Positions 27,294-42,270 of a stretch of DNA of 64,000 nt are shown here, in pieces; position 1 is the first letter of the stretch, and every line of letters starts with the position of its first letter. The DNA is from Octopus vulgaris (Eukaryota). Location of the stretch: NCBI GenBank assembly GCA_951406725.2, contig OX597818.1:96162001-96226000 (forward strand), given 5' to 3'. Both the position numbers and the translations under genes were made by a program. The notes under the pieces are model-generated. The model searched no databases. It was not told where the DNA came from and saw only the letters and a program-made list of their open reading frames with translations.

Positions 27294-29072
27294 CATGTAT
27301 GTATGTACGTATGTATGCATGTATGTATGTATTTATGTATAAGCACACACTCTCGTACTTGCGCGTGCACACACACAAACACACTCACATATGAATGAGT
27401 CCTTCATCAGTTTCGGCAACGAACGTTCCATTTGTTTAATCAACCGAACTACCTTCTTACTGAAATATTGTGAAAGTGGCTGAGAGTTCCTCAGATATTT
27501 GTACTTTTTATATAATGCTCAAACAGAAGTAACATAGCATATTGCAAAGGGTCAGGTTACTTGTTAGGTCTCTCATGAGTGCTACTGGCAACATAGAATC
27601 TTGGTGGGTCATCGGCAATTAAACCGACTTCCCCTCTAGGATTGCCTGGTGAGGAATATTGCGCAGCATGACTAGTGTAGGTTCAGTGACTATCTAGCTA
27701 TAGCATGGGCCCTCAGAAATTTCGGGTTCGTGTCTTGTATGCTAGAAAGCAAGCTACCTCAAGTGAGGTACCCCTTAGCTTTTGTTAAAGCATGTCTCTA
27801 AAACCCACTTCAAACCCAGGCTATGCTTGCTCCGATAATCGACGGTGACTTGGTCAACGAATCCTCTGTGATAGTCAACAATTGACTGCAAGATGAGCAA
27901 TTATGGATCACACTATCCCAAAGTTTGTATGTATATGACGGAGGATCACATATAAATTTGTATTTCCACTGAAACTCCGAACATGATTAGAGCTGGCTCA
28001 ACCCACCCTGGGTAGATGTTGCCGCAGGTTACAAGTAATTAAATTACATATGGCAGGTACACTCAATGTGAATTCGTTGGTAAGGGTTTGGTTGAGCAGA
28101 TGGTATGGCAAAAAGACAGACACACCCATCCTAGAAATACACTTTCCTAAGATACCCGGGAGTGGAATTAAGCACATACCCTCATGATTAAGAAGTGAAT
28201 TTCTTAACTATTCGGCCTTGTGTACACTTGTATGCCCTCTTTCCCTTTTTAATTTAGAAACATTTGGTTGTAATGTTGTTAAGGAAAGCATTGTATTTCA
28301 ACCGTAAGAAGGTTTTTCAGATGTTTATAGTTCCAGATATCGCGATCATTTGTTGTGTATGAATTAAAGATTTGCGTTCTCTCCCCCAAAACTCATACTT
28401 AGCCATTCTTTTCTCCAGGCGGTTGGTATATATCCTGTTGATTCAATAATAATAGATATGAAGCTGAAAGAGTATCTTGGCTACCGTATTTGCACACTCC
28501 GTATCAATGGTTCATAGATGCTCTCTTTCTCTTGTATTTTTCTAACCACAATTATGATGTCCCCATCCTGTATTTTTTAAAATTTATAATAAATTTTGAC
28601 TGGCCCCAACCTACTTGGTAACAAGACCGCAGGAAAGCATCTTGATTTGTTTGTTATCCTTTAAATTTTTTAAAATGCCTTGCGGATTTTTACAGTCCAA
28701 TATCGTGAGCGTTGTAGTGTATAAATTAAGGATGTGGGTTCTCGCCCCAAGAATCTAAGTTCAAACATTCTTTGCTTCAGACGGATTGGTATGTACCCTG
28801 TTGTTCCAATAATAGGTTAGAAGCTGAAAGTGTATCTTGGGCACTCGATTTGCAACTCTTTTTATGTATGTTTGTTTGTATGTATGTATGTATGTTTGTA
28901 CGTATGTATGTATGTATGTATGTATGTATGTATGTATGTATGTATGTATGTACACACGTACATACACGTACTCACGCAAACACGACGCACATGGTCAACA
29001 CGTATTATATAATAACTATGTTGTATGTATATATAACATATATTCATACATTTATATTTATGTTAGCATATA

Positions 29073-29113
<41 letters not shown>

Positions 29114-29209
29114 GCATATATATTTGCATACATATGCGAATACACAAGCACACACACACATATACACACACAAAAGCAATATACACACGGAGATCTGTAT
29201 ATATAGGTA

Positions 29210-29245
<36 letters not shown>

Positions 29246-29310
29246 AATGCACACGCACACACACACATATATATACGCACAAAAGCAATGTACACACGCA
29301 GACATGTATG

Positions 29311-29374
<64 letters not shown>

Positions 29375-30004
29375 CATATATATTCATACCTGTATGTGCG
29401 CGCGTGTGTGCATGTGTGTGCGTGTGTGTGTGTATGTATGTGTGTTTGTGTGTGTATTTGACGAGCATGTATTTAAACAAACATGTATCGCTTCCTGCTA
29501 ACATTTATTGAATGAAAATGCATCGAAGGTTTTCGATAACCTTGACACTATGCTGTGTAGTTTTGTACTCAGAATCTCATCAGATCGATACTGGGCAGAC
29601 TGTAACTGACGTAAAACTTTACCTAAAAATACCTCGATTTCTTTTATATCAAAATATACAGGAAGATTTTAAGAGTAATGGAAACATGATCACGTTCATG
29701 TCGAAGTGATGCTTGAAGGTTTAGAAAAGCAGTAAAGAAGAAGAGAAAAAAGGAAAAGATGAAAATTCCGTAAAATAACACGCAAGCAAATAAATATTTC
29801 CCCATCTATATATCAAGTCTGAAGGACTACTTTATAGTCGTCATCACTGCAGCGCTGTGAATATGCATATGTATATATATATATGGATATAGATAGACAT
29901 ACTCAAACACATGCATGCATACATACATACATACATACATGCATACAAATATATATTTATATATACACACACATGTATATGCATATATATATATATACAT
30001 ATAA

Positions 30005-30055
<51 letters not shown>

Positions 30056-30062
30056 CATTCAC

Positions 30063-30109
<47 letters not shown>

Positions 30110-30123
30110 CACACACACATTTC

Positions 30124-30157
<34 letters not shown>

Positions 30158-30163
<6 letters not shown>

Positions 30164-30575
30164 TGTTTCTCCTCTCTGTGTTTAGCACCTTGTGGGTAGT
30201 AAAGAAATAGAAATATGTATTTCGCCCGTGCCTGCGTTCTGAGTTCAAATTCTGCCGAGGTCGACTTCGCCTTTCATCCTTTCGGGGTCGATTAAATAAG
30301 TACCAGTTACGCACTGGGGTCGATATAATCGACTTAATCCATTTGTCTGTCCTTGTTTGTCCTCTCTGTGTTTAGCCCCTTGTGGGTAGTAAAGAAATAG
30401 AAATAGGTATTTCGCCCGTGCCTGCGTTCTGAGTTCAAATTCCGCCGAGGTCGACTTTGCCTTTAATCCTTTCAGGGTCGAAAAATTAAGTACCAGCGAA
30501 ACACTGGGGTCGATAACATCGACTAGACCCTCCCACTAAATTTCAGAACTTGTGCCTATAGTAGAAAGGATTCTT
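30158..30575 (+). mobile_element. Tandem truncated family A SINE units
   Basis: Repeated tail (..gtgggtagtaaagaaatag) joined to internal gtatttcg..gagttcaaattc. Confidence 0.85.
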
Positions 30576-31019
30576 ATTATTATCGTTGTTGTGTTTTGCT
30601 GTAAACACCTGTATACATGATCACTGAGGCATGACAGTCACGTAATTTTGTGAAACACATACATGTTTTGTTGTGTTATTATGTTATAATGTAGCGAGTG
30701 AGCCGAAGGTTTGAAGTATACAAATGTAGTGAGTGCATTCGTTTGTATAACAAGCCTAGTACAGTATTGCAATTCGCCACAAAAATGCATGACTGCGTGG
30801 TTAAGAAGTTCATTTAGTTACTACATGACCTCGAGTTTGATCCTGCTGTAAAGGACTTTGTTGGAGAGAGTTCTACCATGCAATGTTTAGATTTTAAACA
30901 TCAAATGTTCAATAAAACTGTGGAAAGAAACTTAGTATGTTGTGTATACATCTGGCCGTGTCTTAGGTCAGATGTGTTTCATCTTCGATTTGTGAAGCAT
31001 AGTTTTTTTTTTCAATCTC

Positions 31020-31560
31020 GCTAGATTATCCCTTGACTCTCTTTTTATCTCTCGCTAGCTCGTCATTTAGCCTCTTCAACTTGCTCTTTCCTATAAATGT
31101 GAACATAATTTCAAGTGGATCAAACGAAACGGCGTTTAATCGCTTTTAACGCTATTTGTCACGATCCTCGACTTCCTATAACTTGTTGCTGTTTTAGTAT
31201 ATCAACTTCTCTTACTCTCAACGAACTAACATTTGACTCTGATACCCATCCCTACGTTCTTTCTTTAATCTCTTCACGTGCTACCAAGAATTGCCGGCCT
31301 ATTTCCTCTCCGATCTCCCAGACTGGAAATCCATTGTTTCTGAGTCTAGCCAGCCTCTTCTCATCTCCTGATATCTTTCTTCCTTTTGCCAGGCTATGCG
31401 ATGGTCTTATTCATCGCTGCACACAACATGCTTCCATTTCCCCCTTGATCGCATCTTTCTCTTCCATTTAGGCTTTAATTGTTTGATTATGCTATCTTCC
31501 TATCGTCTTAGAGGTCTTCCGAGTGGTTTCTTCCGATCATTTGGACATCGTTGCCAATTT
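31020..31560 (-). mobile_element. RTE-like LINE remnant
   Basis: Minus strand gives RCPNDRKKPLGRPLRR*EDS, matching the RTE C-terminal W.P...R..GRP..RW.D pattern. The rest is degraded. Confidence 0.45.
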
Positions 31561-31812
31561 ACTAAAGGCACTCTAAAACCTTTGAAATACAGTCGTTTAA
31601 AGACTTTTACGAGCATGCATATATTTCTCTTTGGATATAGCGTTGTATCAGTTAATTCAAGCAGCGAGTTTACAAATGAAAAGAAATAACGTTTAAATGC
31701 TGCGCTTTAAAAGCAGTTTTGTTATACAAGAATATTTATGACGTAAAACATTGCAAACGAAAGGCGATAACTTGCTTCAACCAATCCTCGGTAGAATCGT
31801 TAGCACGTCAAA

Positions 31813-32204
31813 GGCAGCGAGCTGGCAGAAGCGGTAGAACGCCGAGCGAAATGCTTAGCGGTATTTCGTCTGCCGCTACGTTCTAAGTTCAAATTCTGCC
31901 GAGGTCGACTTTGCCTTTCATCCTTTCAGGGTCGATTAAATAAGTACCAGTTACGCACTGGGGTCGATATAATCGACTTAATCCGTTTGTCTGTCGTTGT
32001 TTGTCCCTTCTGTGTTTAGCCCCTTGTGGGTAGTAAAGAAATAGGTATTTCGTCTGCCGCTACGTACTGAGTTCAAATTCCGCCGAGGTCGACTTTGCCT
32101 CTCATCCTTTCGAGGTCGATAAATTAAGTACCAGTTACGCATTTCCTTTGTCTGTCCTTGTTTGTCCCCTCTATGTTTAGCACCTTGTGGGCAATAAAGA
32201 AATA
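31813..32204 (+). mobile_element. Family A tRNA-derived SINE dimer (Nin-domain-like centre)
   Basis: Head ggcagcgagctggcagaa, B box agttcaaatt, centre gcctttcatccttt..gggtcgat..aagtaccag. 17-bp direct repeat agaatcgttagcacgtc at 31793 and 32205. Confidence 0.88.
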
Positions 32205-32744
32205 AGAATCGTTAGCACGTCGGACAAAATGTTTAGCAGCATTTCTCCCAGCTCTTTATGTTCTGAGTTCAAATCCCGCCGAGATCGATTCTGCCTTTCA
32301 AATACTGAGGACGATGTAACACTCCCCCATTCCAAAATTACTGTTTTTTTTTTTTTTTTTACCAAAATTTGAAACAATAATATTACTGAGAACGGTCATC
32401 ATTGTCGTTATTGTTATCTTATAATTCTTACTATCACTGCAGCACCATGAGCCATTGGTCCTCTGCTAAACGTTTTGAGCTTAGGGCTGTAACACTACGA
32501 TAAAACCTTGTCACTCACAACATGTATTTTGTAGCCTCTTTCAGGCTCTGTCCAAGGAGGATTTAGTGTTGTTAAACGTTTGGTATCTGACCGTGCCACT
32601 TATGGTAACACAACCCTTAATACAGAGCGGCACGAAGAGGTCGGTCGTTGATGATGTGCTTGATGGTGCTTGATTAACTGCCGTTATTCATGTTGCTGTA
32701 ATTGTTGCTGCTGCCACGACTACTGCTGCTACTGTTGCTATAAT

Positions 32745-33166
32745 AGATCCCATGTCATACTTGATCGAGTAAACGTATAATCAAAGGTATTCCAGCCGTG
32801 ACTATTCCGCCTTTTTGTTTGTATCAAACATTGTATCTAGAACTCCATTATCCAAAATGTCCTTTCCGTTTTTTGAAAGATCGTAGATTGAAATTTGAAG
32901 GACATTTGGTTGCTATTTTTAGCAGGTCGAACGACTACGCAGAGACTCCTCAATGAAGCTGCTGTTATTGCAGATAGTGCTACTGCTACGGATACGTTTG
33001 CTGTATTGTGACTACTGTTGCTGCTGCTAGTGTTGTGCTGCTGCTATTGTTGTTGTTGCTGCTGCAGTTGCTGCTGTTGTTGCTGCTGTAGTTTATATCA
33101 AATGACGGCTGATATTGTTTGTCATATTAACCGCTTTGCTGTTTCCACTGTTGTCGTTGTTGTTGT

Positions 33167-33199
<33 letters not shown>

Positions 33200-33281
33200 C
33201 TGCACCACCACCACCACCATCACCACTACTTTGACGATGACGACGAGTAATCATTGCACCACCACCATTACCACCACCACC

Positions 33282-33317
<36 letters not shown>

Positions 33318-34060
33318 TGCGAACTGGTTTCGATTGATGCCTAGAAATTTTCTTTTTTTTCACCCTCCCCGAAAGTCACGGAGAAAGACGTTGCTGTGTC
33401 GAATACCAAAAGGTTGTTTGACTGCTAGAAATAGCAGCCACATTTCCCTCAAATAAAACCTTATCTTCTTAAATAAAGGGAGAACGCTGGATGATGTAGT
33501 CTTCGACTTCCTGGGACTACATCATCCAGATGAAGAAAGATAAGATGGTCACGGATGGAGTGCCTTTGATCATTGGTCTGCTCGATCAGCGTTGGCCAGA
33601 CGTTCAATGATAACAACAGCAACAACAACATCAGTACCACCACCAAAGAAAGCAACAACCTATCCACAGTGAGATAGTGAGAGAGAGAGAAAGAGCTAGA
33701 GAGAGAGAGAAAGTATGAGGGAGAGTGTATGGGAGAGAGTGTATGGGAGAGAGTGTATAGGAGAGAGTGTATGAGAGAGAGTGAGAATGAGAGAGAGAGT
33801 GTATAAGAGAAAGTGGTGGTGAGAGAGAGAGGGAGAGAGAGAGAGAGAGAGAAAGACGGACAGGCAGGTAGAGCGTCTGTGTAGTTGCTCGAGCTGCAAT
33901 AAATAGCAGTCAAATTTCCGCCAAACCACGCGCTACTGTCTTGGATACATCGGATAACGTAGTTGTACATACTCCTAAAATGACGGGATGGTCACAGCTG
34001 GACTGCTTTTAATCACAGGTCAGTCAGATCAAGGGTTCCCTGAAGTTAAACCACCAAAAC
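32745..34060. mobile_element. Three copies of an older interspersed repeat (32745-32950 minus; 33390-33610 and 33865-34060 plus)
   Basis: Shared gactgctagaaatagcagcca..ggtcacggctgga..cctttgat..gatc. Further fragment at ~60600-60700. Confidence 0.65.
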
Positions 34061-34288
34061 AACTTATGGTCAGTGAGTGTTGTAGAGTGTTTGCTGTAGA
34101 GTAACCTGCCACAGGTGTTTAGCTCTTGTTAAACATTCGTGACAGCTTAGTTTGTGGTGTTGGGCTAGAGGTGGGGGGACTCATAGCCACACATACAAGA
34201 GAGAGAAAGAGAGGGAGAGAGAGAGAAGGAGAAGGAGAGAAAGAGAGAGAGAGAGAGAGAGGTTGGAGTAGTGTAAGAAGTAGAGAAG

Positions 34289-34501
34289 CTGGCAGAAACG
34301 TTAGCACGCCGGGCGAAATGCATTGCGGTATTTCGTCTGCCGTTACGTTCTGAGTTCAAATTCCGCCGAGGTTGACTTTGTCTTTTATCCTTTCGGGGTC
34401 GATAAATTAAGTACCAGTTACGCACTGGGGTCGATGTAATCGACTTAACTCTTTGTCTGTCCTTGTTTGTCCCCTCTATGTTTAGCCCCTTGTGGGTAAT
34501 A
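34289..34501 (+). mobile_element. Family A SINE
   Basis: Full body, TSD aagtagagaag at 34278 and 34502. Confidence 0.88.
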
Positions 34502-35053
34502 AAGTAGAGAAGTAGAGAAAAGACGAGAGAAACATTAAAACGTCTGATGTGAAATAAGTCAGCGTTGAATCAGCGACGCCGAAACGGCTGTACCAAACAT
34601 GATGTCATCTCAGTAGTCGTTCGATGTCCATCCTTTGAACATAGTTATTCTAGTACAGTTGATGTCTGATGAATATCGTATCGGCGCTTGTCATTTCTGT
34701 TTGTTCTAGGACTCAAGTGCTTCATTCCAATCCTTTTCATGGTAATTGGGTGTCAGTGTTCGTTGAATACTGTAATAAACGTCATAAAAATTCAATGCCT
34801 TGCTTTTACATTCTGCGTCCAGATCCCGCATGTGACGACTCTGACGTCCGCCTATACAGATACGAAATTTTAGCTACTGAAGCCGATTGTATCCTTTCAC
34901 GATCAAAATGACCCTTATATTCGCTTTAAGACAGCTACTCATGGATCATTCTGTATAAATCTTCACCCGTACCCTTCTCTACCGTCTGTCTATCTGTCTA
35001 TCTATCTATCTTCCAGCTTGCCTGCTTGTCTGTCTGTCTGTCTGTCTTGTCTG

Positions 35054-35132
<79 letters not shown>

Positions 35133-35146
35133 GCCTGCCTGCCTGC

Positions 35147-35232
<86 letters not shown>

Positions 35233-35913
35233 GTCTGTCTATCTGTCTGTCTCTTTCATCTCTCCCCTCTCTCTATCTATCTGTCCCTCTCTCATCTTTC
35301 TCTCTCATCTCTCTTTCTCTCTCTCTCTTTCTCTTTATCTCTCTATCTCTGTCTATTTCAATCTATTCAATCTTCACATGCCATAACCACGACGCAAACG
35401 CTGCTTCGTAATCCGATTCTTATCGCTGATGGATTCTCTGAAGGGGAGATGGATTTACTCAGTACCTGATGGATAAACGAAATAATCTCCCTGTTGAAAT
35501 CCACTTCGCAATTTTTATCGAACAACGATTTTCTAATTCAAATTCATGGCAAATAGTTGTCTCTTTTTATAATTTTTTATTTGTGTCTTGGAGATATCGA
35601 TTCCATTCTTTATTTATCCATATTTTTTTCTTTACGAGTAAGGCAAAGGACTGACAAAAACAATAGAATGCCAACTAAATGTTTCGCAGTATTTAATTCC
35701 ATTACATTTCGTATTTCCAGAGGTCGATAAGATAAGTAGCAAGCATGTACTGGGTCTTTCTTTTTTTTTTAATCGGTTAGACATACATCCCATCTGTAAA
35801 TTCTCCACCTGGCGTATTTAGAAAATTTTCCCGTTTCAAGAATGGTGAAAAATCAGGAACGATATGACTCATAACCAAAACCAAATGCCTTTGATCATCG
35901 TCATCACCACAAT

Positions 35914-36120
35914 TCTTCTTCTTCTTCTTCTTCTTCTTCTTCTTCTTCTTCTTCTTCTTCTTCTTCTTCTTCTTCTTCTTCTTCTTCTTCTTCTTCTTCT
36001 TCTTCTTCTTCCGCTGCTTCTGCTGTTTGTTGCTGCTTCCTTCATCTCCTTTTCTTAGTCTTCATTTCATTCTCCCGATTTCTTCTTCTTTTCCTTTTTC
36101 TTTCTCCTTCTCTCCTTCTC
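35914..36120. repeat. (CTT)n with pyrimidine-rich flank
   Basis: About 95 nt of pure CTT. Confidence 0.95.
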
Positions 36121-36255
36121 ATCAAATTCTGCTGAGATCGTCTTTGCCTTTCATCCTTTCAGGGTCGATGAAATAAGTAGCAGTTGAGCACTGGGATCAA
36201 TGTAATCAAATTGCTCCACCCCTAAGTTTCAGGCATTGAGCCCATTGCCGAAAGG

Positions 36256-36320
<65 letters not shown>

Positions 36321-36527
36321 TACTATTATTATTGTTGTTGTTGTTGTTGTTGTTGTTGTTATTAAGGCGCCGAGCTGGCAGAGTCGTTAGCATGCCGGGC
36401 AAAATACTCAGCGGCATTTTGTCCGTCTTTAAGTTCTGAGTTCAAATTCCGCCGAGATCGACTTTGCTTTTCAGCCATTCAGGGTCGATAAAATAAGTTC
36501 CAGTTGATCACACACACACATATATAA

Positions 36528-36587
<60 letters not shown>

Positions 36588-36790
36588 ATGACTTTGTGTT
36601 TGCATTTGTGCCCATCACCGGTGTCAGTTTGTTTACGTTTCCGTAACTTAGCAGTTCGTCAAAGAGAGTGCGATGGAATAAGTACCAGACTTACAAAAAG
36701 TTCTTGGGTCGATTTGTTTGACTAAACTCTTCAAGGTGTTGCCCTAGCATGGTCGCAGTCTAATGATTGAAACAAGTAAAAGATAAGATT
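36120..36790 (+). mobile_element. SINE fragments (family A at 36120-36255 and 36364-36510; family C tail at 36590-36790)
   Basis: Similarity to the full copies elsewhere in the window. Confidence 0.7.
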
Positions 36791-37109
36791 AACTATGTTG
36801 TGAACGTACTGTACTTCAACTTATATTCTTTTCAGATCAGCTATATCACGTGGCTGACTAGGCTATCAAATGTTGTTACACATCGCTGGTCACAATGTTC
36901 CTTACAACACACAATCAAAAATATTTCTTATAACACACTATCAATGTGGCTTACGCATGCTCAAGAAGAAATTATAATATGATGTGACCTCCCCATATAA
37001 TGGCCGATGTACCTTAAGCAATTTTTCAAACAGACTGTGATATCTTGGCTTGTTTTAAGTATTAGTAATAATTATTCTATTGTTATAATTTCAATATTTC
37101 GTAATTAGA

Positions 37110-37895
37110 AGGCGGCGAGCTGGTAGAAACGTTCGCATGCCGGGCAAAATGCCTAGCGGTATTTCGTCTGTTCAAATTCCGCCGAGGTCGACTTTGCTTT
37201 TCATCCTTTCGGGGTCGATTAAATTAAGTACCAGTTGCGTACTGGATTTGATCTAATCGACTGACCCCCTCCCCATAAATTTCGGGCCTTATGCCTGGAA
37301 AAGAAAAGAATATTTCGTAATTAGAAGGAGGCGAGCTGGCAGAAACGTTAGCACACCGGGCGAAATGCGTAGTCGTATTTCGTCTGCCGTTACGTTCTGA
37401 GTTCAAATTCCGCCGAGGTCGACTTTACCTTTCATCCTTTCGGGGTCGATTAAATAAGTACCAGTTACGCACTGGGGTCGATATAATCGACTTAATTCAT
37501 TTGTCTGTCCTTGTTTGTCCTCTCTGTGTTTAGCCCCTTGTGGGTAGTAAAGAAATAGGTATTTCGGCAGTCGTTATGCCCTGAGTTCAAATTCCGCCGA
37601 CGTCGACTTTGCCTTTCATCCTTTCGGGATCGATAAATCAAGTATCACAAATTTCGGGCCTTGTTCCTGGAATAGAAAAGAATATTTTGTAATTAGTAAG
37701 AATCGTTAGCATGTCGGACAGAATGCTTAGTGGTATTTCGTCTGCCACTACGTTCTGAGATCAAATTCCACCGAAGTCGACTTTGTCTTTCATACTTCTG
37801 TGGAGGGTGAGGTGGGGGGGTCAATAAAATAAGTACCAGTTGAGCACTGGGGATCGATGCAATTGCTGGCCTCGAAATTTTGAAACTAATATTAG
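37110..37895 (+). mobile_element. Array of 3-4 family A SINE units
   Basis: Heads at ~37110, 37327 and 37698. Flanking 20-bp repeat atttcaatatttcgtaatta. Confidence 0.85.
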
Positions 37896-39489
37896 TCATA
37901 ATTATTTTGTGATTTCAATATTTCGTAATTAATACTAATAATTGGACCTAGAGGAATTCAGTTCATTCGATTTCATAGTCAAAGGCGTTCGGTTTCCCAC
38001 CCGTAATACGGCCATAGAACAATGTTTTTGAGACATTTAAAAATAGAAAGAACGGTTCTTGTACGCCGTTAAATACGGTAATCGATAACCAGTGTATCAC
38101 TGGTAGTTTTATTATCAAAACTGAAATACATGAAAGATAATGGAATTTCCATGAAGCATTTTAAATATATGTAATTAGATATCAGAACGAATGAGTGAAA
38201 ACCAAATCCAAACTTCAAAACAGATTTAACATTTAAGGCAACTTCAGATGAGGCGCGCAATGATATTTATAAGTGACGTGGCATATGTGGTTTTGTAGTT
38301 TTTTTTTTTTTTCACTTATAGCTGCGATCTGAGAGCAGCAGTTTTCCTCAAGTTGTTTATCGATAAATAATGCAGTTATAATTACACTAGCGGGACCCGT
38401 GGATATTTCACGGAATTAATGGTAAACTTATTGGGTTGTTTCTGAAAACTTTATTTTAAAAACCTGAAAATGTAGCCTGTGTTGTATCTGTATGGAAAGA
38501 TATTCGCTCTTCTGTTACCCGTTGAAATGTTAAAGAAATTGGAATACGAGGATTACTTAATGCACTTTATATACTTTATGCACAATTTTATAGACTTAAT
38601 AAACAGCACTCATAAAATTCACTCTTATTTTTTCATTTTCCCCATAAATAAAACAAAAGAAAAGTATCCTGTACATATGATACAACCTTTAGTTAAATTG
38701 CATATATCTACCACATAAGTAAACGTGAATGTTTCACGGAATTGCACATATGCGCATGCGTTAAGTGATGGTTAATATAAAAAAACGTGGCTCAATTAAA
38801 ATAAATGCACTTTTCACTATCCAATCATCATCACCATCACCACCCACCATCACCACCACCACCGCCACAACCATCATCTCTCTCTTCCCCTCTTTACATT
38901 CCCTCTACCTCACGTCATGGACGATCCTCTGTCCCCCTTTCCCTCTTTTTCTTCCTCCCTCTTTCTCTCTCTCCCTCTTTTGTTTTTCCCTTTTTCTCCA
39001 ACCAAGTGAAAACGTTACCGACGGGCTAAGTAACACAATGACAAGCAGAATTATTATAAGATATTTTTAGGATTCATCATCGGTACTTAGTTCTATCAGC
39101 ATGTTCTCAAAGCCAAACAGAAGTGTTTATAATACGATACGTTCCCTATGAAACATCAAGTGGTTAGTGACATTAGGACAAAATAGCTGATATAAAAATG
39201 AAATGAAAAACTGGTTTTGTATGTTAATATCCTGATGAAGTGCACATTTTCTGTTGTGCTATATTTAAGTTCTATCGCTATTGTTTATTGTAAGAGAACG
39301 GATTAGAGGTAAGCTTAAAATAGAATTTTGCACTTAGTGTTATTTCTCTTCAGATTTTATGTCATTGGGAAATATAAATGCATACCTATGCAAATATAAA
39401 TACATACACACACATACACATGTACACACATATATACATACATATATGTAAATGTTGCACACACACACACATCCACATACTCACATACA

Positions 39490-39520
<31 letters not shown>

Positions 39521-39536
39521 GTGTGTGTGTGTGTGT

Positions 39537-39584
<48 letters not shown>

Positions 39585-39899
39585 TTGCTACTGATGGCTG
39601 GACAAAGAAAACGCCATTTCTTGCCTCTATGTGGAGTTTGAGTGTCGCCTGGAACGGATTTAAATGTATTTTAGTTACTCTTATAACGAATTATTTTGTT
39701 AACAAACAGGGGCTCCGGAACAGATTAGGTTCGCATATAGAGATCCTACTGAATGTGAAATTACAGTTATATCTCTCTACCTCTCTACGAAGTACACAAT
39801 ATTTGTGCTCTAATTAGTAACTTTTTTTTCTATTCATTGATATCAGTTTTCTTGGTTACATAGAATGGCAATCCTATGTAACGAAGAAACATTGGATAC

Positions 39900-40005
<106 letters not shown>

Positions 40006-40638
40006 TTCCATCAACAATGTAGCGTTTGAGCGCTCCTGAAATATTCTAAACATTCTCCGTTGGAAATACATAATCACACAAGTTTATAGGAGCAATTAAA
40101 TACACAAACACATAAATATGATCTGCAGAACCCCGTCTAAATTTCAGTAATTCCTTCTGGAACCGTTTCTTTCTCTGCTACTCAATTTAGCACTTTAATG
40201 AACGTTAAGAACAGAGACATACTTAGATACATATAAATATGCATGTAACATTGGTGTAAATTAGTCTACTCACCGGTTTTTTGTTTTGGGTTACTGTTCA
40301 AGTATTCATAGTATTTACTTACCAGCAATTTTCAGTAATTGGCTATACTTTTATTATCACGAATAACAGAAACTCTGATTACCTCTGCAAGCAATACGGC
40401 TATTAACAACAACGACGGCGGCATCAACAACATTAATGTATATATATATAAAGTCAACTTGAATGAATACAACCTTATGTATTTTTTGTTAGTGGAAGTA
40501 TTATAATTACAAAATATACTTCCTTTGAATTAAGGAACAATAACGATCTACACAAATGTTAAATAGGCAGATACCAGAGCAAATTGCTCAGTTAAACTAA
40601 AATCATAGAGAGACGAATGAACTTTTCAGTTTCAACTA

Positions 40639-41149
40639 CCGTAAATCCTCGAGTATAATCCGCGTTTTTTCCCAAAATTTATAGGTCAAAATCCCTAGTG
40701 CGTACGAGGTTAAAAATGAAAAAAATATTTTCTAAGCAATGTTCAAGTCTCTATTTGCTGTCCGGCAGTGTTTATTCAGACGCATTTTGTCGGGCGCGAA
40801 AATACATTAAACTAAGCCTGAAAGCAATGAAGTCATAAAAGAATCATCCATAACTTGCAGTAAGCAACATTTATTAAAATAAAAGTATTCAGAACACAGA
40901 ATAACATGTAACAAAAACAATTTGCTATCATATTTACATTCCCATACAACAATTAAGAACATCACCATTATTGTATTAAACATGCGCAGAGGCATTTGTT
41001 CGACTAGGTGCTGCTGGCTTAATTATGCACGACTCAAGTTAGAGAAAGGGTGCGTATTATACACAAGGTTTAGGTTTTTCAGAGGTACAGCCCCTTAAAA
41101 ATCCCCTGCGTATTATACTCAAGAGCGGATTATACTCAAAAGTTTACGG
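40639..41149. mobile_element. pogo/Tigger-like MITE
   Basis: TIRs CCGTAAATCCTCGAGTATAATCCGC / GCGGATTATACTCAAAAGTTTACGG, TA flanks. Second copy at 55734. Confidence 0.85.
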
Positions 41150-42067
41150 TACTTTTCCCGATTTTATTGAAAGTTTCATCACAATTGTAGTTTTTCAGGC
41201 CAGTTACAAATATCACATGTTTTTGAGAAATTATTAATATAAAATGTCTCGAACCTTTATAGGCTGAATTTCCTTTTAAACTTTAGCCAATCAGATCCAT
41301 CACTTTACGCCGTAGCAATATTAAGGAAAGCTCCATATTTACTATCGTTTTCTCTTTGGATTTTGTTGACAACAATAGTCGCAACTTGTTACATTTTGAG
41401 AAATTAATAATAAAAAAAAAAACGTTACAAAACTTTTACCGAGGAAAATATTTAATGAAGGAAAATAAAATAAAATAAGTTAATCGTTGCAATGAAATTT
41501 TGCGATGAACTACAAACCCTAACCTTAACACTAATCTTAACACTAACTCCTGCCTTAACTTTAACCTCAGAACGGCTTCAGCTGGTTGCTACGGGAATAT
41601 ATTATATATAATATAGTTTACTGGTTCGGACGTCGAGAATAGATAAGTTTAATTACCTAAGGTAGCGAAAATAAAATCTAGCTGTTAAAAATTCATATCT
41701 ATTATATTTTTAATTTCTCTCCAAAATGGCTGTAAGTTTCGCATTTGACATGAAAAACTGAATGTTTGTTGACATTTTTCTATGAAATAGAAGGGGGTAA
41801 TTCAAACCAAAAAGATTCGGATCATAATTATTTCTGAAGTAGTCGCATTAGATTTCAAGGAATTTTGACAACTTTTGATGTTAAATTTATTAAACCACCC
41901 ATTCATCCATCCATCTATCCATCCATCCATACATACATACACACATACTTACATACATACATACATACATACTTACACGATATGGATAAAGTATCCAGGC
42001 GGGTAGCTTACGAACACTCAGTTCTAAATCAAGGCTAATTGCATCGAGTTATATTTCATATATATGC

Positions 42068-42098
<31 letters not shown>

Positions 42099-42099
42099 T

Positions 42100-42270
42100 A
42101 GCCACTACACATTCTTTATTTTCTCTCCTTGTTTCTTTCTGTGTTCTTTTCTGTGAAAGAGCGTAGGCTCGAAACGTTAAAGACTTTTTCACTTCCCGAG
42201 CATTATACTAATACATCTGTTTGTTGTCAACACCACCTGCTTCCCTTTTTATGTTTTGTGAATTCTCCCT
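42100..42270 (+). mobile_element. Short repeat with minimal hammerhead-like motif (family H3)
   Basis: uuuu CUGUGAA A GAGC-GUAG-GCUC GAAAC GU U aaag at 42147-42182. Homologues at 49625-49790 (minus), 51105-51280, and a decayed one near 14760. Confidence 0.6.

Noticed and set aside
27398-27420. Minus-strand GAAACUGAUGAAGG
   Set aside because: The core halves overlap and cannot form a hammerhead.
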